NCBI GenBank assembly: GCA_045532985.1 | Contig: JAZSGY010000015.1 | Location: 7,743 to 71,742 of the forward strand | Reading direction: 5' to 3' | Origin: Eubacteriales bacterium | Lineage (GTDB): Bacteria; Bacillota; Clostridia; Oscillospirales; CAG-272 | DNA length: 64,000 nucleotides | Part shown: in pieces, positions 19,367 to 29,226 of the stretch | How the letters are laid out: every line of letters begins with the position of its first letter | Numbering within the stretch: the first letter of the stretch is position 1 | Notes under the pieces: generated by a model | What the model saw: the letters and a program-made list of their open reading frames with translations, nothing else | Told to the model about the DNA's origin: nothing | Database searches by the model: none | Made by a program: the position numbers and the translations under genes

Positions 19367-20235
19367 TGCTTCAAGAAGAAAAAAACAGGATCATACCAAA
19401 AACGCTGTATCTGGTGGCGACACCGATCGGTAATCTGTCGGATCTTTCCGAGCGCGCCTTAAAGGTACTGCGCGAGGTCGATTTTATAGCCGCCGAGGAC
19501 ACACGTAACACGTTGCGGCTTTTGACGCATTTCGGCATCAGAAAAGAGCTGTTCAGCTACTTTGAACACAATAAGAACGAGCACGGGAAAATCATTCTTG
19601 CACGCCTGATAAACGGTGAGTCCTGTGCGCTGGTAACCGATGCGGGGATGCCCGCGATCAGCGACCCCGGCGAGGATCTCGTCCGCTTGTGTGCCGAAAA
19701 CGACGTTACCGTAACCTGCATTCCAGGCGCATCTGCCGTGGTAACGGCATTGGCTCTTTCGGCACTTTCGACCCGACGTTTCGTCTTTGAGGGCTTTTTG
19801 CCCACGCAGAAAAGCGAACGGCTCGCACGCCTTGACGAGGTCAAGGGGGAACGCCGTACCATCGTTTTTTACGAAGCACCACACAAGCTTCGCGCAACCT
19901 TAAGGGATCTGTACGATCGTCTTGGGGATCGCAAAATCTCATTCTGCCGCGAATTAACTAAGCTAAATGAAGATGTTTTTCGTACAACGCTCTCAGATGC
20001 CATTGTCTTCTACGAAGAAAAGGAGCCGCGCGGCGAGTACGTTCTCGTCATCGAGGGTGCTGAGGAAGCAGGCGTCGCGGAGGAATCCACGCCCTTACCG
20101 CTTCTCTCTCCCGATGCATCGGTCGCCCTTTTTATGGAGAAGGGTCTCTCGCGCATGGATGCGATCAAGGCGGCGGCAAAGGAACGAAAAATGGCAAAAA
20201 GCGAATTCTATAAGCTACTGACACACGAGGACTAA
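19366..20235 (+). CDS. rsmI: 16S rRNA (cytidine1402-2'-O)-methyltransferase
   Basis: The tetrapyrrole-methylase fold with LYLVATPIGNLSDLS, AAEDTR and SDPG motifs typical of RsmI. Confidence 0.9.
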   Translation: MLQEEKNRIIPKTLYLVATPIGNLSDLSERALKVLREVDFIAAEDTRNTLRLLTHFGIRKELFSYFEHNKNEHGKIILARLINGESCALVTDAGMPAISDPGEDLVRLCAENDVTVTCIPGASAVVTALALSALSTRRFVFEGFLPTQKSERLARLDEVKGERRTIVFYEAPHKLRATLRDLYDRLGDRKISFCRELTKLNEDVFRTTLSDAIVFYEEKEPRGEYVLVIEGAEEAGVAEESTPLPLLSPDASVALFMEKGLSRMDAIKAAAKERKMAKSEFYKLLTHED

Positions 20236-20266
20236 AAAAGCCTGCGGACCTATCCGCAGGCTTTTT
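20235..20266. terminator. bidirectional hairpin terminator between rsmI and the HPr-like gene
   Basis: Perfect stem aaaaagcctgcgga / tccgcaggcttttt with a 4 nt loop. It has A-runs and T-runs on both sides. Confidence 0.85.
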
Positions 20267-20279
20267 ATACCTTTTAATC

Positions 20280-20519
20280 TCAGACTTCTACGATGAACTT
20301 TGAAAGCTTCTCAAAGAGCTGCTTTGCCTCATCGCCCTCGCAATGCGCGGTGAGCTTGATCGGTGAGAGCAGATCGAGACTGAAAATACCCATAATGGAT
20401 TTTGCATCTACAACGTATCTGCCGCTCGACAGATCGATCTCAACGTCGGTCAAGCTGACGATCTCAACGAAGCTACGGACGTCCTGAATAGTGGAAAGAC
20501 GAATGTATGTAGTCGACAT
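20280..20519 (-). CDS. HPr-like small protein lacking the phosphorylatable His15 motif
   Basis: 79 aa. VVDAKSIMGIFSL...GDEAKQLFEKL aligns by eye with the HPr core (NxKSIMGVMSL...G.DE). The GIHARPA region is replaced by IQDVRSF. Confidence 0.6.
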   Translation of the reverse strand: MSTTYIRLSTIQDVRSFVEIVSLTDVEIDLSSGRYVVDAKSIMGIFSLDLLSPIKLTAHCEGDEAKQLFEKLSKFIVEV

Positions 20520-20625
20520 ATCTTTTACCTCTCTTTATTTTACTGTAATAATTATATCGAATCTGTGCTCGTTTGTCAAGATATCCGTCAAAGTTAATTT
20601 TAAAAAAGTGCGACAAAAAGAGCGA

Positions 20626-21477
20626 TTATCCGATAATGCTCTTCAGATGACGGTATGCCTTCTCGATGTCTGCGACAGGGTTTTCGCCGACCTCACGCTC
20701 GATCGTCAGGTAACCGCGGTAGCCGATATCGTCAAGCGCGGCAAGATAGCGGTCAAACGGAACGCTTCCCTCGCCGAGAGCGACCTCTTTAAAATATCTG
20801 ACGCCCTTCACTTCCTCGGGAATCGGATGTACAACGCGATAAATGTACTCGGGATTGCCGTCCTGCAGCTTGATACCGTCCTTTGCGTGGGTGTGAACGA
20901 TATAATCCTTCAGCGTATAAACGGCGGCAACGGGATCGTCGCCCGTAACCATCACGAGGTTGGCGGGGTCCAGATTGACACCGACACCGTGTGAGCCAAG
21001 CGAATCAAGGAACGCTTTCAGCTCCTTTGCGCGCTCAGGACCGGTTTCGACCGCGAAGTGAGCGTCGATGGAGTCGGCATATTCAGCGAGTGCAAAGCAC
21101 GCCTCCTGCATGATCTTATAGCGGTCGTGCGTAGGATCTGCGGGCACGACACCAATATGCGTGGTTACGATATTGGTCTCCATCTCCTTTGCAAGATCCA
21201 TAATGCGCTTCGACTTTTCAACCAGCTGCGGGTTCTTTTCGGGATTGCCAAAGCCCTGACCGAGGTCGCCGCAGATCGCCGAGAAGCAAAGCCCCTCCGA
21301 TTTTACGAAGTCCAAAAGCTCGCGGCGTGCGGTCGCACTGAAATTCTCGGGCGCGTGTTCGCCGTTCGTGCAGTACATCTGCAGACCGTTGATCCCCATT
21401 TTTGCCGCCATTTTTACAGCCGTATAGGTATCCTGGCGGAAGGATTCAAGAATTGCACCAATCGGAAAAGAATACAT
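20626..21477 (-). CDS. sugar phosphate isomerase/epimerase (xylose-isomerase-like TIM barrel)
   Basis: 283 aa with the pattern typical of this family (ICGDLG, HIGV, FAVETGPE, NLDPANL, HAKD...EV.LGEG.V). Confidence 0.75.
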   Translation of the reverse strand: MYSFPIGAILESFRQDTYTAVKMAAKMGINGLQMYCTNGEHAPENFSATARRELLDFVKSEGLCFSAICGDLGQGFGNPEKNPQLVEKSKRIMDLAKEMETNIVTTHIGVVPADPTHDRYKIMQEACFALAEYADSIDAHFAVETGPERAKELKAFLDSLGSHGVGVNLDPANLVMVTGDDPVAAVYTLKDYIVHTHAKDGIKLQDGNPEYIYRVVHPIPEEVKGVRYFKEVALGEGSVPFDRYLAALDDIGYRGYLTIEREVGENPVADIEKAYRHLKSIIG

Positions 21478-21574
21478 AATGAAAACCTCTCTTTGTTGTA
21501 TTTAATTAAATTATATAGCAAAAACCCATAGAATGCAATGAAAAAAAATTGTTAAATTCTTTCAAAAAATTGAC

Positions 21575-21895
21575 TTACAAGTACAAAAAGGCAACACCTT
21601 CGGTCCTTTTCATAAAATCTGCATCCGCTTCAAGCGCGGGCAGCTTATTCAAGAGATACTGCGTAGCACCGTCGTCGCTTGCTATCTTCTCGCCGAGGAT
21701 GGAGCATAGAATCCTCCCCTCCTTCTGACAGCGGCGCAAGGCCTTTTGCAGCTCGTTTTTCATACAGAGCGGAAACCCGATCTTGATCGCTCTGTATCCG
21801 CGCGCCCGCGCGGACGCCAGCGAGAATTCAAATTCACGGCAAAACGCGTTTTTCTCCTCCGCACAGAGCGTCGTGCTTTCAATCAACTCTGCCAT
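21575..21895 (-). CDS. small hypothetical protein (about 106 aa)
   Basis: The ATG at 21895 is preceded by GGAGG, which overlaps the stop of the upstream dehydrogenase. No family recognised; a weak resemblance to Smr-type small domains is not supported further. Confidence 0.45.
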   Translation of the reverse strand: MAELIESTTLCAEEKNAFCREFEFSLASARARGYRAIKIGFPLCMKNELQKALRRCQKEGRILCSILGEKIASDDGATQYLLNKLPALEADADFMKRTEGVAFLYL

Positions 21896-21896
21896 A

Positions 21897-22850
21897 TCAA
21901 CCTCCATCCACGCGGTTACGCCGTTGCCCATCCAGAAAGGCGCGGATATTTTCAACAGACTCCCCGAGGCAACGCACGCGTGCCTCGTATGCGCCCCACG
22001 CCATATGGGGCGTCAGGCAGACGTTTTTATACCCGATCAGCGTTTGATAGGGGTGTGTCAACGGCATCGGCTCGGTGCTGTAAACGTCAACGCCGAGTGC
22101 GCCGATCTTTCCGCTTTTCACAGCCTCTGCAACCGCGCCCTCATCCGTGACGGCACCGCGCGCCACGTTGATGAGAATGACGCCGTCCTTCATTTTCGAA
22201 ATGGCGGTGGCATCGATCAAATGATGCGTCCGATCACTGAGCGGTGTATGCAGGGAGATCACGTCGGACTCCTTCAAAAGGCGCTCGAGAGAAACGGTTC
22301 CGTCCCCCTCGGTCGGGTGTTGACGGCACGCCAACACGCGGCAGCCAAGCGCCCGCGCAACCTCTGCAACCCTTTTTCCGATATTTCCGTAACCGATCAC
22401 ACCCCAGCATTTTCCCGCAAGCTCTCTGTAAACGGGTGTCAGGCGGTTCTGCACGCCGCTTGCGGTATATGAGCCGTCAATTACAAAATCGCGGTATTCA
22501 CGTAGGTGTGTCGCAAGAGACAGCGCCATAGAAAGTGTGACCTGTGCCACGCTGTCCGTAGAATATCCGCGCACGTTACACACGGCAACGCCGCGTGCCG
22601 CACACGCGGCCGTATCAACGTTGTCATAGCCCGTTGCAAAAATGCAGATCAAACGCAGCTTCGGTGCTGCAGCAAGTGCCTCTTCCCCGATCTTCACCTT
22701 GTTGAGCAGAATGATCTCTGCATCCCGTAGCCGCGAAGGAAGCTCGGACGCCTCGGTATTTGGATAAACCGTCAGCTCTCCGAATTCAGCCAACGGCGAA
22801 AGGTCGAGATCTTTGCCGAGCGTATCGGCATCCAACACCTTTACGGTCAT
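21897..22850 (-). CDS. D-isomer-specific 2-hydroxyacid dehydrogenase (glycerate dehydrogenase-like)
   Basis: The NAD-binding motif GVIGYGNIGKRVA and the catalytic-region pattern NVARG...D...L, P H (TPHMAWG). Confidence 0.85.
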   Translation of the reverse strand: MTVKVLDADTLGKDLDLSPLAEFGELTVYPNTEASELPSRLRDAEIILLNKVKIGEEALAAAPKLRLICIFATGYDNVDTAACAARGVAVCNVRGYSTDSVAQVTLSMALSLATHLREYRDFVIDGSYTASGVQNRLTPVYRELAGKCWGVIGYGNIGKRVAEVARALGCRVLACRQHPTEGDGTVSLERLLKESDVISLHTPLSDRTHHLIDATAISKMKDGVILINVARGAVTDEGAVAEAVKSGKIGALGVDVYSTEPMPLTHPYQTLIGYKNVCLTPHMAWGAYEARVRCLGESVENIRAFLDGQRRNRVDGG

Positions 22851-23437
22851 TTTGCGGCATCTCCTTCAAGGAAATAGGTCGCTTCCATATCCGCGGTCGA
22901 AAGTGCAAACGCCAAGGGAAACATTTCAAAAGCACTTCCGACGTTGCGAGGATCCTCCGTGCCCGAAAAGCCCATGTGGTAACGGATGGCGAATGCCTCC
23001 TCCCGCGTGAGCTTCATATATCCCGAAATAATGTAGACCGATTTTTCTCCGTGTCCGTAGGGCATCTTATCATCAAACTCATAGGTCGGAACAGTCTGCC
23101 ATTTTCCGTTTTCATCCTTCACGTTTCGCGTACCGGGCTTGTAGCAGTTCACCTTACAAAGATCGTGCAAGAGAGCAACGATCGCAATGCTTTCGGGGTC
23201 AACCGTCAGCTTGTAGGTATCGCGCACGCGTTCGCGCTCCAGATAATTCAAAAGGCAGTCGTAAACGTTCAGGCTATGCCGCACAAGCCCGCCCTCATAC
23301 GCACTGTGATAGCGCGCGCTTGCGGGTGCTGTAAAAAAATCAGACGCGCGGGATTCGAGAAAATCAAGGAGCTTATCTGCCCCATCACGCTTGATGAATT
23401 GCTTATATATCTTTATAAAACGTTCTCTTTCGTTCAT
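22847..23437 (-). CDS. HD-domain phosphohydrolase
   Basis: YH...GGLVRHSL and LLHDLCK provide the H...HD metal ligands. The ATG at 23437 follows ggagg. It overlaps the downstream dehydrogenase by 4 nt. Confidence 0.75.
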   Translation of the reverse strand: MNERERFIKIYKQFIKRDGADKLLDFLESRASDFFTAPASARYHSAYEGGLVRHSLNVYDCLLNYLERERVRDTYKLTVDPESIAIVALLHDLCKVNCYKPGTRNVKDENGKWQTVPTYEFDDKMPYGHGEKSVYIISGYMKLTREEAFAIRYHMGFSGTEDPRNVGSAFEMFPLAFALSTADMEATYFLEGDAAK

Positions 23438-23506
23438 AAAGCCTCCAAAAAACATCGTTGACATTTACATTGTAACACATTTTTGTTGGGCTGTCTACCT
23501 TTTTAA

Positions 23507-23537
23507 AGGAAAAATGCACGGGATCCGTGCATTTTTT
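23507..23537 (-). terminator. hairpin terminator after the HAD hydrolase gene
   Basis: Palindrome aaaatgcacgg-gat-ccgtgcatttt flanked by A-runs and T-runs. Confidence 0.75.
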
Positions 23538-23546
23538 CGCTCAAAT

Positions 23547-24365
23547 TTACGAATGGCTGCGAAGGATCTCAAGGATCGTTCCGCAATCGTCCATAATCAG
23601 CGTGGGGCGTACGTCAGAGGCGGCAAGGATCCTTTCGTCGGTTTCACCGCTCATCACAAGCACGCTGACTGCCCCTGCATTGTTACCGCATTTCACGTCG
23701 GTATATATACGGTCACCCACGACCATCGTGCATTCAGGGGTCACGCCCTTGATCTGCATTGCAAGCCTCGGCATTAATGCCTCGGGCTTTCCGATTACGA
23801 GCGGACGCTTCCCCGTTGCGTGAAAGATCATTTCACAAACCGCACCGCAGTCGGGAACGCTTCCGTATTCGGTAGGGCAAACGAGGTCGGGATGCGTCGC
23901 AACGTAACGCACCGCACGCGTGCAAAGGATCTTGGACACGTCCTCAAGCTTTTTAAAATTCAGCTCGGTGTCAAAGCCCATCACGATACACTCAACCTTG
24001 TCGATGTCGTCGGTCAGCTTAAGACCCGCCTTTTCCATTTCAAGGCGGAGCGATGCAGTTCCCTCGACGTAGATCAGCTCGTCGGGGCAGGTGTTCAGCA
24101 AATAGTGAATGGTGGCTTGCGATGAGGTAATAAAATCTTCTGCCTCTGATTTAATTCCGAGTTTATCAAGTTTTTTGACGTAATCTTCAACCGATTTGGA
24201 AGAATTGTTGGTCATAAACATATAGTTTCGACCGCTTTTGCGTATGGCTGCAAGCAGCTCCTTCGTAAACGGAAAAAGCTGATTTCCAAGATAGAGCGTG
24301 CCGTCCATATCGAACAAAAACAGCCGCGAATTCAGAACCTTATCGATCGTTTCCTGTGGTAGCAT
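23547..24365 (-). CDS. HAD-IIA family hydrolase (NagD-like sugar phosphatase)
   Basis: Motif I FLFDMDGTLY, motif II MTNNS and motif IV VGDRIYTD. Confidence 0.85.
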   Translation of the reverse strand: MLPQETIDKVLNSRLFLFDMDGTLYLGNQLFPFTKELLAAIRKSGRNYMFMTNNSSKSVEDYVKKLDKLGIKSEAEDFITSSQATIHYLLNTCPDELIYVEGTASLRLEMEKAGLKLTDDIDKVECIVMGFDTELNFKKLEDVSKILCTRAVRYVATHPDLVCPTEYGSVPDCGAVCEMIFHATGKRPLVIGKPEALMPRLAMQIKGVTPECTMVVGDRIYTDVKCGNNAGAVSVLVMSGETDERILAASDVRPTLIMDDCGTILEILRSHS

Positions 24366-24411
24366 TTTCTCCTCCTCTATTCAAGACTGTTATCTGTTAA
24401 AATTCTAACAC

Positions 24412-24441
24412 AAAAACGGGGATCTGTCAATCCCCGTTTTT
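24412..24441 (-). terminator. rho-independent terminator of the five-gene redox operon
   Basis: Stem aaacgggga / tccccgttt with an 8 nt loop. On the minus strand it is followed by ttttt. Confidence 0.8.
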
Positions 24442-24445
24442 ATGT

Positions 24446-25432
24446 TTATGCCATTGTTTTGAGCATTGGAAGCGTGACCTCATAAAGCGGCGCTTCAGCT
24501 TTTTCAAAGCGTTCCGCCTCCTCGATCATATACTGCGCCATACGCTGGACCTCAAGACCGCTACTCCCTGCGGAATGCGGTGTGAGGATCACGTTCGGCA
24601 GCGTATAAAACAGGCTTCCCTCACGCGGTGGCTCGGGGTCGGTCACGTCAAGGATCGCCGTCAGCGTCGGATCGCTTTGAAGTGCCGCGATCAGATCCGA
24701 CTCGACGACCTGTGCCCCGCGCCCCGTATTGATAAAGGTGCTATATGGCTTCATACGACCGAACAGATCACCGTGAAGCATTCCAACCGTTTCGGGAACG
24801 TTCGCAAGATGGTTGGAGATCACGGGGCAAAGGTCGAATATCTCCTCAAGACTCGCGGCGGTCACGCCAAGCTCTCTTGCGCGAGCTTCATCGACCTCGG
24901 GCGAAAACACGTACAGATCAACGTCGTGCCGCTTCAGCTCGTGAAGCACGCGCATACCGATCGCGCCCGTCCCGAGAATGCCAACCCTTGCACGGAAGTT
25001 CCCCGTAAAGCGTTCGATTTCGGAGTGTGCGGCGGCATAGTTGTTCTTCGTGCCGCGGGCAAGGTAGAAAAAGCCCTTGTTCGCGAGCAGGATCATCGCG
25101 ACGCTACACTCAACGACGGGGACGGCATTGGCGTGCCAAGCACTGAAGATCCGCACGCCACAGCGAAGGAAGGGCTCCGCAAAGCCTTTCACCGATCCTG
25201 CGGCATAAAAGATCGCCTTCAGCTTCGGCAGATACTTTTTGATTTCTTCCTCTGTCAACGAAGGCATTCCCCACGTAGAAAAGATGTATTCAGCGTCACG
25301 GATCCGTCCGATATCATCTCTTGTGTAGGCGGTAGAAACGACGCCGTATCGCTCTGCAAGCAAAGCCTTCTGTTCTGCCCCGAAAACACGGTCGCATCCG
25401 TCGGGACGGTTATTGAAAAATACAGCCTTCAT
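24446..25432 (-). CDS. 2-hydroxyacid dehydrogenase-family NAD-binding protein
   Basis: NAD motif GILGTGAIGMRV, a NTGRG...D block, and PH(SAG) near the C-terminus. Confidence 0.8.
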   Translation of the reverse strand: MKAVFFNNRPDGCDRVFGAEQKALLAERYGVVSTAYTRDDIGRIRDAEYIFSTWGMPSLTEEEIKKYLPKLKAIFYAAGSVKGFAEPFLRCGVRIFSAWHANAVPVVECSVAMILLANKGFFYLARGTKNNYAAAHSEIERFTGNFRARVGILGTGAIGMRVLHELKRHDVDLYVFSPEVDEARARELGVTAASLEEIFDLCPVISNHLANVPETVGMLHGDLFGRMKPYSTFINTGRGAQVVESDLIAALQSDPTLTAILDVTDPEPPREGSLFYTLPNVILTPHSAGSSGLEVQRMAQYMIEEAERFEKAEAPLYEVTLPMLKTMA

Positions 25433-27291
25433 TGTTTTTTCCTCTTATTCCAGACCTTTTCAAACCAAAGCTCTCTGTCGTACGGGATCGGGCGAACGGG
25501 ACGCTCGGAGCTTTTGACACATCCGTCAGTATACTGCGTCAGGATCTTGCGGCTCTGATACCCGACGTCCTCGGGGATCGCTTCACCCTCCGCCGTCAGT
25601 ACCAACGCACCGCCGCGTGAGCCTGCGTGCATTGCGGCGTAGATCATTCCGTCGGCATAGGATAGCTGCGTGCAAAGCGTGTCGCGCACCTTGAAGAAGG
25701 TCGGTAACTCACTCTGCTCCTTCCATTTGCAAAGGGACGGAAAGCTCTTCCACAGGGTCTCGATCTCCTCATACGCTCGCTTCATCTGAATGGGATCGCG
25801 CAAAAAGGCAAAATGCTTACTCATCGTAGCCGCAGCCTTTTCGTATACGGCAGCACAGGTGGAGCGATCGCCCCTGCTCCCTTCAATTATAAAACGAAGC
25901 TCGTCCGCCTCTTTTTCGGGATCGCACGGAATCGGTATGCGATCTTCAAGACTTTCAATATGCCGTGCGATACGGATACCGGAGACCTGCGTGGAATTCA
26001 GTGCCGATCCGCCCGGGCGGGTCACGCCGTGCGTGCTTGCCGCTTCCCCCGCAACGTAAAGACCGTCGATATTCGTCTGCCAATTCACGTCAACGTCGGC
26101 ACCGCCGTTGTTGTGCTGGGCACAGACCGCGATCCTCAGCGGTTCGCGTGCCAGGTCGATGCCATTTGCAAGATAGAGCTCGTAAGCACCGCGATTCATT
26201 TTCAAAAGCCGTGAAAGCGGCGTTTCGATCAGCGCATCGGAATTGGAGAGATAGGTGCGTGCCTCATCGGAGAGAATCGCAAAACCGCCGTCGGCAAGTG
26301 CTGACGGCTCCTCTCTGAAATCGAGATAAACGCGCCGACCGAGCACGACGGACTCACGGTACACGCAAAGATCGATCTTAGAGGAAGCATCTTTTTTTGC
26401 GGCGTGGAAGGGCCATTCATATCCCTTCAGAAATACGTCACGCAGTGCATCCTTCGGATCGTCATAATAGTCGTAAAGGAATTCGCGCGTGTTTCCTTGC
26501 TGATCCACGGAGATATAACGAGGCAGAACCTGCTGATAGGTTCCCGACAGATTCCAACGAAAGTCGGTCGAGGCAATACCGTACTGCCACTCCGCGACGT
26601 TCGAAAAGCAAACGCCTGCCTCAAGCAACAGCGAAGAAAATCCCGTATGGGAAACAGGATATACACGATCGTTGTAGATCCCCGCAGGGCCGCCCGTCGC
26701 CACAACGACGTAACGGCAGGGGTAGAAAACAAGGCCGTAATCATCATCGGTGCGCGCCGTGTTCATTGCAAGGACACCGCAGACCTTCCCCGCCCGCGTG
26801 ACGATACGAAGCGCAAGAATTCCGTCAAGGACGGGAACGCCGTAGCGCTCCGCGCGCGCCTCCAGCACCTCAGTCATTCTTTTCGAGGTGTAGGGGCCGA
26901 CTGAGCTTGCGCGCGGACGGCTGTCGTGGTCGGTTCTGTACCCCACGAACTCGCCGTATTCATTTTGCGGAAATTCGACGCCGAGCGAGACCAGGCGGTA
27001 AAAGGCGCGGACGGAGGACGCCGCCTCGCAAAGCGCAACGTCGCCGTCAACGGCACCGCCGTCAAAAAGCGTCCTTGCCATCTCGATTGCCGAATCGGGC
27101 ACGTCGTCTGCGGTCGAGACCTTGAAATAGGTCTGCTTATCGCTTCCCGTATTTCGAGAGGTGCCGCACAGCTTTCCCTCGCTCAGTATCGCAATATTTT
27201 TGATCCCATCCTCGTAAAGACAGCCCGCGGCGTTATAGCCTGCACAGCCCGTTCCGATCACGATGGCAGTAAACGGTGCTTCGATCCTCAT
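25429..27291 (-). CDS. FAD-dependent oxidoreductase of the fumarate reductase / aspartate oxidase / ketosteroid dehydrogenase superfamily
   Basis: N-terminal dinucleotide fold AIVIGTGCAGYNAA and the C-terminal FAD clamp GLYVAGEAAS..GVTRPGGSALNS. The ATG at 27291 follows ggagg, 1 nt after the SDR stop. Confidence 0.8.
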   Translation of the reverse strand: MRIEAPFTAIVIGTGCAGYNAAGCLYEDGIKNIAILSEGKLCGTSRNTGSDKQTYFKVSTADDVPDSAIEMARTLFDGGAVDGDVALCEAASSVRAFYRLVSLGVEFPQNEYGEFVGYRTDHDSRPRASSVGPYTSKRMTEVLEARAERYGVPVLDGILALRIVTRAGKVCGVLAMNTARTDDDYGLVFYPCRYVVVATGGPAGIYNDRVYPVSHTGFSSLLLEAGVCFSNVAEWQYGIASTDFRWNLSGTYQQVLPRYISVDQQGNTREFLYDYYDDPKDALRDVFLKGYEWPFHAAKKDASSKIDLCVYRESVVLGRRVYLDFREEPSALADGGFAILSDEARTYLSNSDALIETPLSRLLKMNRGAYELYLANGIDLAREPLRIAVCAQHNNGGADVDVNWQTNIDGLYVAGEAASTHGVTRPGGSALNSTQVSGIRIARHIESLEDRIPIPCDPEKEADELRFIIEGSRGDRSTCAAVYEKAAATMSKHFAFLRDPIQMKRAYEEIETLWKSFPSLCKWKEQSELPTFFKVRDTLCTQLSYADGMIYAAMHAGSRGGALVLTAEGEAIPEDVGYQSRKILTQYTDGCVKSSERPVRPIPYDRELWFEKVWNKRKKQ

Positions 27292-27292
27292 A

Positions 27293-28033
27293 TCAAAGCC
27301 TCCGCAGGTGGAATCCACCGTCGGCATTCAGGACGGTTCCCGTTCCGAAATCGAGCAATCCCGACGCGGCGGCAAGCACGCAGTCCGCAACGTCTTCGGG
27401 CTCGCCCCATCTTTTGATCGGCGTCACGCCGTCCGCGATCAGCGCATCGTATTTTTCGGTCACGCAAGCAGTCATAGCGGTATGAATGATACCCGGGCGC
27501 ACCTCGAAAACGGGAATTCCGTAATCGGCAAGACGAGCGGCAAAGAGCTGGGTGATCATCGAGACTCCCGCCTTCGAAATGCAGTATTCGCCGCGCGACA
27601 CGCTTGCGGTATACGCCGAGATCGAGCCGATATTGACAATGCGGGGGGTGTATCCGTCGGTCGCCTTTGCCTTTTGCGCGATCATGTGATTGGCAAAGGT
27701 CTGACACATAAAGAAGGTTCCCTTCGTGTTGACGTTTATCAAGCGTTCAAAGCTCTCCTCAGTCGTTTCCAGGATGTCAAGACGCTGCTTGCAGGCAACG
27801 CCCGCACAGTTAACGAGCAGATCGAGTCTGCCGAAATCCGCCTCCACCGACTTCAAAAGCGCTTCGATTTGCTCCACTTTGGAAATATCGCAAAAACGGC
27901 TTTCAAAACCGTCGGGCGTATCCTCTCCGTTAGGGCAGGTGATCATCACGCGGTAGCCCTCCTTTTGCAGTGCCTTGGCGATCCCAAGACCGATGCCGCG
28001 CGTTCCTCCGCTTACAAGTGCTGTTTTTTGCAT
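27293..28033 (-). CDS. short-chain dehydrogenase/reductase (SDR)
   Basis: The cofactor motif ALVSGGTRGIGLGIA and the catalytic YCISKAG (YxxxK). Confidence 0.9.
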   Translation of the reverse strand: MQKTALVSGGTRGIGLGIAKALQKEGYRVMITCPNGEDTPDGFESRFCDISKVEQIEALLKSVEADFGRLDLLVNCAGVACKQRLDILETTEESFERLINVNTKGTFFMCQTFANHMIAQKAKATDGYTPRIVNIGSISAYTASVSRGEYCISKAGVSMITQLFAARLADYGIPVFEVRPGIIHTAMTACVTEKYDALIADGVTPIKRWGEPEDVADCVLAAASGLLDFGTGTVLNADGGFHLRRL

Positions 28034-29226
28034 GTTACATTCTCCTTATAAAGATTTCGATAGGGTTCATCCATAATCGCGCAGCCCGCATAGCAGCCCG
28101 CACGCATCAGCTCGGTACAGCGCGAGCAGGTCAGGCAGAGCTTCTTCGGATCGATCCCGCCTGCAAGATGGTCGCGATAAAAGGTGGGATAGGCGAGGAT
28201 CTGTCTGCCGAAGCCGACGAAATCGCAGATCCCCTCGCTGAGTGCTTCGTTTGCCTTCGCCATCATATCCTTACCGTAGTAGGTAAAGCCTGAGCCAACG
28301 ATGGGAAGCGTCGGATTTGCCGCACGCACCACTGCCGTCAGATCGTGGAAGCGTGAAAGACCGACGTCGGGCGTTTCGGGCGGAATATACGCACCCTTTT
28401 TATAGGGGCGATTGACGTGCGGATTGTAATAGGGGTTACCGACGGTAATATTGAGAAGCTCGATTCCCCGCTTCCGCATCTGCTCGATCAGGCGCAGGGT
28501 CTCGGTAAGATCCGCATTCCCGTTTTCATCGGTTGCAAAGCCGTTCGGATATGCCACCATATCCGAAAGACCGAAGCGGCTCGCGAGGATAACGTTTCCC
28601 GACACGGCAGATTTTGCCGCCTCAATACAGCCGAGAAACAAACGCGTTCGGTTTTCAAAGCTACCGCCGTACCGTCCCTCACGCTTGAAGGCGGATAGCG
28701 ATTCCGACATCAGATAGCCGTGACACGCCTTTACGTCAACGCCGTCAAAGCCAACCTTCTCCGCAAGGCGGGCGGATGCCTCGAATTTTTCGGGAAGTGC
28801 GTCAAGATACGCGTCAGCAAGGATCTCACCACCGCGACCGCGTGCCTCATACACCTCGTTTTTATACATCACAGTCGGGTGATAGCTCTGTCGCCCCGAG
28901 TGCGTCAGCTGCAAAAACAGCTTCGGCGCATAGCCGCAGCTTTTCACCGCCGTCTCTCTTACCTGCTCGAGCAAGCGACGGAAAACGTCGGCATTCTCCT
29001 TTGTCAGATACATCTGCCGTAAATTGGTACGTCCTTCCTCGCAGACGGCGTTTGCCTCAAACCACAAAATAGCGGCGCCGCCCTCTGCAAGACGCAAATA
29101 CTTTCGTACCGTATAGCTGTCGGGCTCACCGTTTTGCTTACAGTCAAAGCCCTCCATCGGCTGAAAGACAATGCGATTAGCAATTCTCTGACCGCAAAGT
29201 GTAAATTCTTTATTTACCATTGTCAT
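28012..29226 (-). CDS. Old-Yellow-Enzyme-family flavin oxidoreductase with a Cys-rich C-terminal tail
   Basis: The OYE blocks QPMEG, LQLTHSGRQ and GFDGVDVKACHGYLMSE. The tail CLTCSRCTELMRAGCYAGC looks like an Fe-S ligand set. The start at ATG 29226 forms an ATGA overlap with the upstream stop. Confidence 0.8.
   Translation of the reverse strand: MTMVNKEFTLCGQRIANRIVFQPMEGFDCKQNGEPDSYTVRKYLRLAEGGAAILWFEANAVCEEGRTNLRQMYLTKENADVFRRLLEQVRETAVKSCGYAPKLFLQLTHSGRQSYHPTVMYKNEVYEARGRGGEILADAYLDALPEKFEASARLAEKVGFDGVDVKACHGYLMSESLSAFKREGRYGGSFENRTRLFLGCIEAAKSAVSGNVILASRFGLSDMVAYPNGFATDENGNADLTETLRLIEQMRKRGIELLNITVGNPYYNPHVNRPYKKGAYIPPETPDVGLSRFHDLTAVVRAANPTLPIVGSGFTYYGKDMMAKANEALSEGICDFVGFGRQILAYPTFYRDHLAGGIDPKKLCLTCSRCTELMRAGCYAGCAIMDEPYRNLYKENVTCKKQHL

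Noticed and set aside
21575-21955. The track ORF start at 21955 for the small protein downstream of the dehydrogenase, and a possible Smr-domain assignment.
   Set aside because: The first 20 codons overlap the dehydrogenase 3' end, and the ATG at 21895 has a strong GGAGG. The Smr resemblance is too weak to call.
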